A stretch of DNA of 64,000 bases from a bacterium (GTDB lineage Bacteria > UBA8248 > JACPRG01 > G963555815), in NCBI GenBank assembly GCA_965218795.1, contig OZ244653.1:1216001-1280000 (forward strand), read 5' to 3'. Under the pieces are notes generated by a model. That model saw nothing but the letters and a program-made list of their open reading frames with translations, made no database searches and had not been told where the DNA came from. The position numbers were made by a program, and so were the translations under genes. The number at the start of each line of letters is the position of its first letter. The first letter of the stretch is position 1. Below are positions 59,816 through 64,000 of this stretch, piece by piece.

Positions 59816-60379
59816 TCAGCCTTCCCCGCCCTGCCATCTACGGAACAGCTCGTTCGGAATACCCATGCAATCGAGGGTCTTGCCCACCATGTGATTGATC
59901 AGGTCATCCATCGTCTTGGGAAGGTGATAAAACCCAGGGCTGGCTGCCAGAATATGGACGCCCATCCTTGACAGGTTCAGCATATGCTCGAGATGGATGG
60001 GGCTGAGGGGAGTCTCCCGGGGGACCAGCACCAGGTTTCGTTTCTCCTTGAGAATCACATCCGCCGACCGGCCGATCAGGTTCGTGGATGCGCCGGTGGC
60101 AATCATGCTCAGGGTCTTCATCGAGCACGGAATAACCACCATGTGGGCCATGCCGGCGGAACCGCTGGCCGGAGTCGCCCCGATATCGTTGATGTCGTGA
60201 ACGACATCGGCGTAGGTCTGAAGATCCTTGTAGGTGATCCCGATCTCATGCTTGACCACCCGGATTCCGTCTTTGGAGCAGATCAGATGAACATCGATGT
60301 CGGTTGACTTGAGGAATTCCAAAAGGCGAACGGCGTAGATCGATCCGCTGGCACCGGAAATAGCCACAATCACTTTCAC
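59816..60379 (-). CDS. ubiX: flavin prenyltransferase
   Basis: ISGASG, ASGS, PCSMKTL, RETPL, PGFYH.P. Confidence 0.93.
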   Translation of the reverse strand: MKVIVAISGASGSIYAVRLLEFLKSTDIDVHLICSKDGIRVVKHEIGITYKDLQTYADVVHDINDIGATPASGSAGMAHMVVIPCSMKTLSMIATGASTNLIGRSADVILKEKRNLVLVPRETPLSPIHLEHMLNLSRMGVHILAASPGFYHLPKTMDDLINHMVGKTLDCMGIPNELFRRWQGGEG

Positions 60380-60644
60380 GTATGGATTCTCCCGCCTGCT
60401 TGCGCTACCGCCAAAACATGCCGGTTCCCCCATGCCTGGGCACGGATGGTCCGGACTCCTGAATGAAAATGCTCAAGCGGGCATCAGTCTATCACAACCT
60501 CAGGTGGGCCATGGCGGTCTCCGTGGATAGACCCGGGAGGGATTGATTGGCCGTGCATTCCATTGACATTTCGAGCAGGCATTTGCGTTCCTTCCAGGCT
60601 GCCACTATGGTAGATAAGATGTAACATTGCAGACGACGCCCCCA

Positions 60645-62390
60645 ATGAATAAAGGAGTCAAGCGTATTCAGAAGATCACCGGTCAGGTCACAGGTCTTCG
60701 ACACCAGCAGATTCGAGCGCTGGAGCGCCTGTGCCGCCGCAAAATCCCCCCCCATCAACTGATCACCTGGGAAGCCGCGCGCCTACTCGCAGAGACATCC
60801 TCCGCCATCGGCTGCCAAATCGGCATGCTCATCGCGAGAAGCGGAGAGATCCACTCTGTCATCGTAGGGGATGCCCGGGGAATCTTCATCCCCGATCTTC
60901 GAAGGGAACGCGGCGGCGGGCAACGCCTTCGCGGACTCAGACTGGTTCATACCCACCTTCGCGGAGAGGAACTGAGCCAGGACGACCTGACCGATCTCGC
61001 CCTCCTCCGGCTCGACTTGATCGCCGTCATTACGCTCACAGAGCAACAGGACCCCATTCTCCCGCACGAGGTCCAGATCGCACACCTCCTGCCGGAAAAT
61101 CCGGAAGAAAACCGGTGGGAGATCCTCGATCCGGCCCCTCTGGACCGGCTCGATCTGGATTGTACCGCTTTCATTGAAGGACTGGAGCGGGAACTGACCC
61201 GGGCTCAGGGTGCCCGAGCCGATATCGATAGCCGGGAACGAGCCATCCTGGTTCACGTGGCCACCATGGATGAGACGGATCATCACCGCAACGGATTCCG
61301 GCCGGTGAGGCGCCACGCCGAGGCGTCATTGGAAGAACTGAAGGAGCTTGCCCGCAGTGACGGGCTTGTCGTCCTGGACTCCATCGTCCAGCGCAGACCA
61401 CGGGCCGATCACCGTACCGTCCTCGGAAGGGGAAAGCTGAAAGACCTCGTCATTCAGAGCCTGCAGATGGGCGCAGACCTCATCGTGTTCGATCGGGAAC
61501 TGACACCCGCCCAGCTGCGCTCCCTGACGGAATTCATGGACCTGAAGGTGATTGACCGAAATCAGCTGATCCTGGACATCTTCGCTCAGCGGGCGAAAAG
61601 CCGGGACGGCAAAATTCAGGTCGAGCTGGCGCAACTCCAGTACATGTTGCCCCGACTGGTCGCCCAAGACCGGGCCATGTCCCGGCTGGCTGGAGGAATT
61701 GGGACCCGCGGGCCGGGCGAGATGAAGCTGGAGATCGACCGGCGGCGTATCCGAGAGCGGATCTCGCGTTTGGAAAAGGAGCTTCGTCATCTGCTGCGGG
61801 GGCGGAGTCAGCGAAGAACGCTGCGCAAGAAGAATCAGTTGCCTATTCTTTCCATTGTCGGATACACGAATGTCGGAAAGTCCACGCTCCTGAACACCAT
61901 GACCCAGAGCGTCGTGGACGCGGAAGACCGACTCTTCGCAACGCTCGACCCGACAACCCGTCGGGTGCGGTTCCCTGAGGAAATGGAGGTCATCCTGACC
62001 GACACGGTCGGCTTTATCTACGATCTGCCCGAGGAGCTGATGGCCGCCTTTCGAGCGACCCTGGCCGAACTCGAGGACGCTGACGTGCTGATCCACCTCG
62101 TTGATATCTCCAATCCCCAGTTCGAAGAGCAGATGGATGCCGTCCACCGAATTCTCGGGCAATTGAAGCTGGATGAAATGCCCCGCCTTCTGGTCTTCAA
62201 CAAGATCGATCGGTCCGACCCTGTAACCGTGGAAAAACTCTGCCATCGGTACGAAGCCATTGGCATCTCAGCCATCAAACCCGAAACCCTGACTCCGCTC
62301 ATTGAGCAGGCCCAGCGGACCCTTCTGAAAAAGTTCGAAAAAGCAAAGGCCGGGGCGAACCCCGGCCTCGCAACACAACTTTCCCCTTGA
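60645..62390 (+). CDS. hflX: GTPase HflX, long form with N-terminal extension
   Basis: LILDIFAQRA, QVELAQLQY, GTRGPGE, GYTNVGKST, LFATLDPT, DTVGF, NKID; start may be ATT 60666. Confidence 0.95.
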   Translation: MNKGVKRIQKITGQVTGLRHQQIRALERLCRRKIPPHQLITWEAARLLAETSSAIGCQIGMLIARSGEIHSVIVGDARGIFIPDLRRERGGGQRLRGLRLVHTHLRGEELSQDDLTDLALLRLDLIAVITLTEQQDPILPHEVQIAHLLPENPEENRWEILDPAPLDRLDLDCTAFIEGLERELTRAQGARADIDSRERAILVHVATMDETDHHRNGFRPVRRHAEASLEELKELARSDGLVVLDSIVQRRPRADHRTVLGRGKLKDLVIQSLQMGADLIVFDRELTPAQLRSLTEFMDLKVIDRNQLILDIFAQRAKSRDGKIQVELAQLQYMLPRLVAQDRAMSRLAGGIGTRGPGEMKLEIDRRRIRERISRLEKELRHLLRGRSQRRTLRKKNQLPILSIVGYTNVGKSTLLNTMTQSVVDAEDRLFATLDPTTRRVRFPEEMEVILTDTVGFIYDLPEELMAAFRATLAELEDADVLIHLVDISNPQFEEQMDAVHRILGQLKLDEMPRLLVFNKIDRSDPVTVEKLCHRYEAIGISAIKPETLTPLIEQAQRTLLKKFEKAKAGANPGLATQLSP

Positions 62391-62434
62391 TTCCATCACA
62401 AAGCCGGCGGTCTCCCGACCGGCTCTGAGCAGTC

Positions 62435-63112
62435 CTATTGAGCCGTCTGAGCGGCGACCTTTGTAATGCTCTCGAGATGAGCGATAACGTCATCCACCGG
62501 CATCACATCAGCGTATTTCGTGTCCATATCGACCAACGTCACCTGGTGGGAGAGCTGGGCCCGATCGGCCACGCATTCCTCGGGAACAATGACCCGATAA
62601 TTGAGGGAAAAAGCGTCTACGACGGTTGCCCGAACGCACCCGCTCGTCACCATACCCGTCACAATCAGCGTGTCCACATTGTGGTAGATGAGATACCCGT
62701 TCAACTCGGTCCCGAAAAAGCCGCTGGGCTTAGTCTTCCGAACGACGATCTCGTCGTCCAAGGGCGCCACTTCCTCAACAATCTCATGGGCCTTGGGGGA
62801 GCTCAGCAGCGGATCTTCATAGCGGGACTTCCATCGGCCTTTGAGGATCTCCTTATCCGCCACGATTCCGCCGGTGTAGAGGACGGGGATCTCAGCGTTG
62901 CGGGAAGCCTCCAACAGCCGCCCGATGGCCGCCGCGCATGGACGGCCGGTCTTTTCACAGGCAAGGGGATACTCATCCTCGACGAACGCCCGCGTCATAT
63001 CGACGACTACCAAGGCCGGACGCTCCCCCCATCCGATGGGATCGCCCGTATGACCCTTATCGAAATATCTCAGATCCTCTTCAGAGAACATGCTGGTATC
63101 GATAGTCATCAC
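62435..63112 (-). CDS. isochorismatase-family cysteine hydrolase (maleamate/N-carbamoylsarcosine amidase-like)
   Basis: GWGERPALVVVD, KTKPSGFFGT, TSGCVRATVVDAF, KYADV. Confidence 0.9.
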   Translation of the reverse strand: MMTIDTSMFSEEDLRYFDKGHTGDPIGWGERPALVVVDMTRAFVEDEYPLACEKTGRPCAAAIGRLLEASRNAEIPVLYTGGIVADKEILKGRWKSRYEDPLLSSPKAHEIVEEVAPLDDEIVVRKTKPSGFFGTELNGYLIYHNVDTLIVTGMVTSGCVRATVVDAFSLNYRVIVPEECVADRAQLSHQVTLVDMDTKYADVMPVDDVIAHLESITKVAAQTAQ

Positions 63113-63277
63113 GAAATTCTCCTTTCTCCTCCAAATCGACCTCGTGCCTGAACAGCAGGCCCGCTCGCCAAATGCCGTATCATCTCATTCACTTGGGCTC
63201 TTGATCTGCACAGAGTATACAGAAAATGAGACCTTTTGACGAATTGACTTCATCGCGTCATTCCCCTGCGGATTCGG

Positions 63278-64000
63278 ATGAGTACGCATCGAAATAAAGA
63301 ATTCGACGACTGGCTGCGATTGCTGTTGAAACAATTGGGTTATCGGTGGCCCGCTTACCGGAAGAAACGGAAAACCGTCCGGAAGCGAGTAGAAAAGCGG
63401 GCGCGAGCTTTGGGCGTTCCTTCCTGGAAGGAATATTCCGACGTCTTGGAAGAGCGTCCAGATGAGTGGAAGCGGCTGCATGAACTCCTTTCGATTACCG
63501 TCAGCCGATATTTCCGGGAGCCGCCTTTATTCGACTATCTCAGCACAGACGTGTTCCCTGCGCTCACAACGTTGGGCGACGACCCGGTCGCCGCCTGGTG
63601 CGCGGGGTGCGCTTCCGGGCAGGAGGCATACTCGCTGGCCATCCAATGGGAAAATGATCAGGAAAGAACGGCGCGGGATCCCGAGCTCCGAATTCTTGCG
63701 ACCGACATTGACCGCGCCTCGCTCGCAAGAGCGACAGCAGGATCGTTCATGCGGAGTGAGGTCGAACAGGTCCCTCCTTCATTTCTTCACCGATATTTCA
63801 TCGAAGAGCGCGATACCTTCCAAATCCGGCCGGGGATAGCCCGCCGCGTTCGTTTCGACCGCCTGGATCTGCTGACCGATCCCTATCCGGGATCCATCCA
63901 TTTGGTTTTTTGCAGGTGGGCGGCCTTCTTCTACTTCGGAGAGAAGCTCCAGGCATCGGTCCTTTCGAAAATTTCGGACTCGCTGGTCAGCGGCGGATAT
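63278..64000 (+). CDS. CheR-family protein-glutamate methyltransferase (runs off window end)
   Basis: Not in ORF track. ITVSRYFREP, AWCAGCASGQEAYSLA, ILATDID, LVFCR. Confidence 0.88.
   Translation, partial: MSTHRNKEFDDWLRLLLKQLGYRWPAYRKKRKTVRKRVEKRARALGVPSWKEYSDVLEERPDEWKRLHELLSITVSRYFREPPLFDYLSTDVFPALTTLGDDPVAAWCAGCASGQEAYSLAIQWENDQERTARDPELRILATDIDRASLARATAGSFMRSEVEQVPPSFLHRYFIEERDTFQIRPGIARRVRFDRLDLLTDPYPGSIHLVFCRWAAFFYFGEKLQASVLSKISDSLVSGGY

Overview
GC-rich bacterial chromosome segment; taxonomy cannot be fixed from the sequence. 1-18.5 kb: catabolic and transport genes (CodA-like amidohydrolase, LLM oxidoreductase, SsuA/NMT1-type ABC transporter, Rieske oxygenase, MBL hydrolase, peptide ABC transporter, M20 amidohydrolase, triple-domain Rid protein), then tRNA-Pro(GGG). 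19-34.4 kb: a decaying surface-glycosylation region (GT4-methyltransferase fusion, YfhO, FGE-like, membrane GT, many gene fragments, IS630 and IS3 elements). 34.6-64 kb: TVP38 plus MerA-like pair, Liv transporter, hydantoinase A/B, a second identical IS630, ComDE-like decarboxylase and housekeeping genes (rsmD, PfkB, PCD, 2-oxoacid dehydrogenase E1/E2, pepA, ubiX, hflX, CheR). Main signals missed by the ORF track: three UGA-recoded selenoprotein candidates with four in-frame TGA codons, each followed by a similarly placed SECIS-like hairpin (AhpD-like CxxU, a 75-aa two-Sec UXX-star glutaredoxin-like protein, a Prx-like UxxC protein). Also a circularly permuted family-5 solute-binding protein and a single-chain RidA pseudo-trimer with one intact catalytic Arg. 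All family calls come from motif recognition by eye, not database searches.
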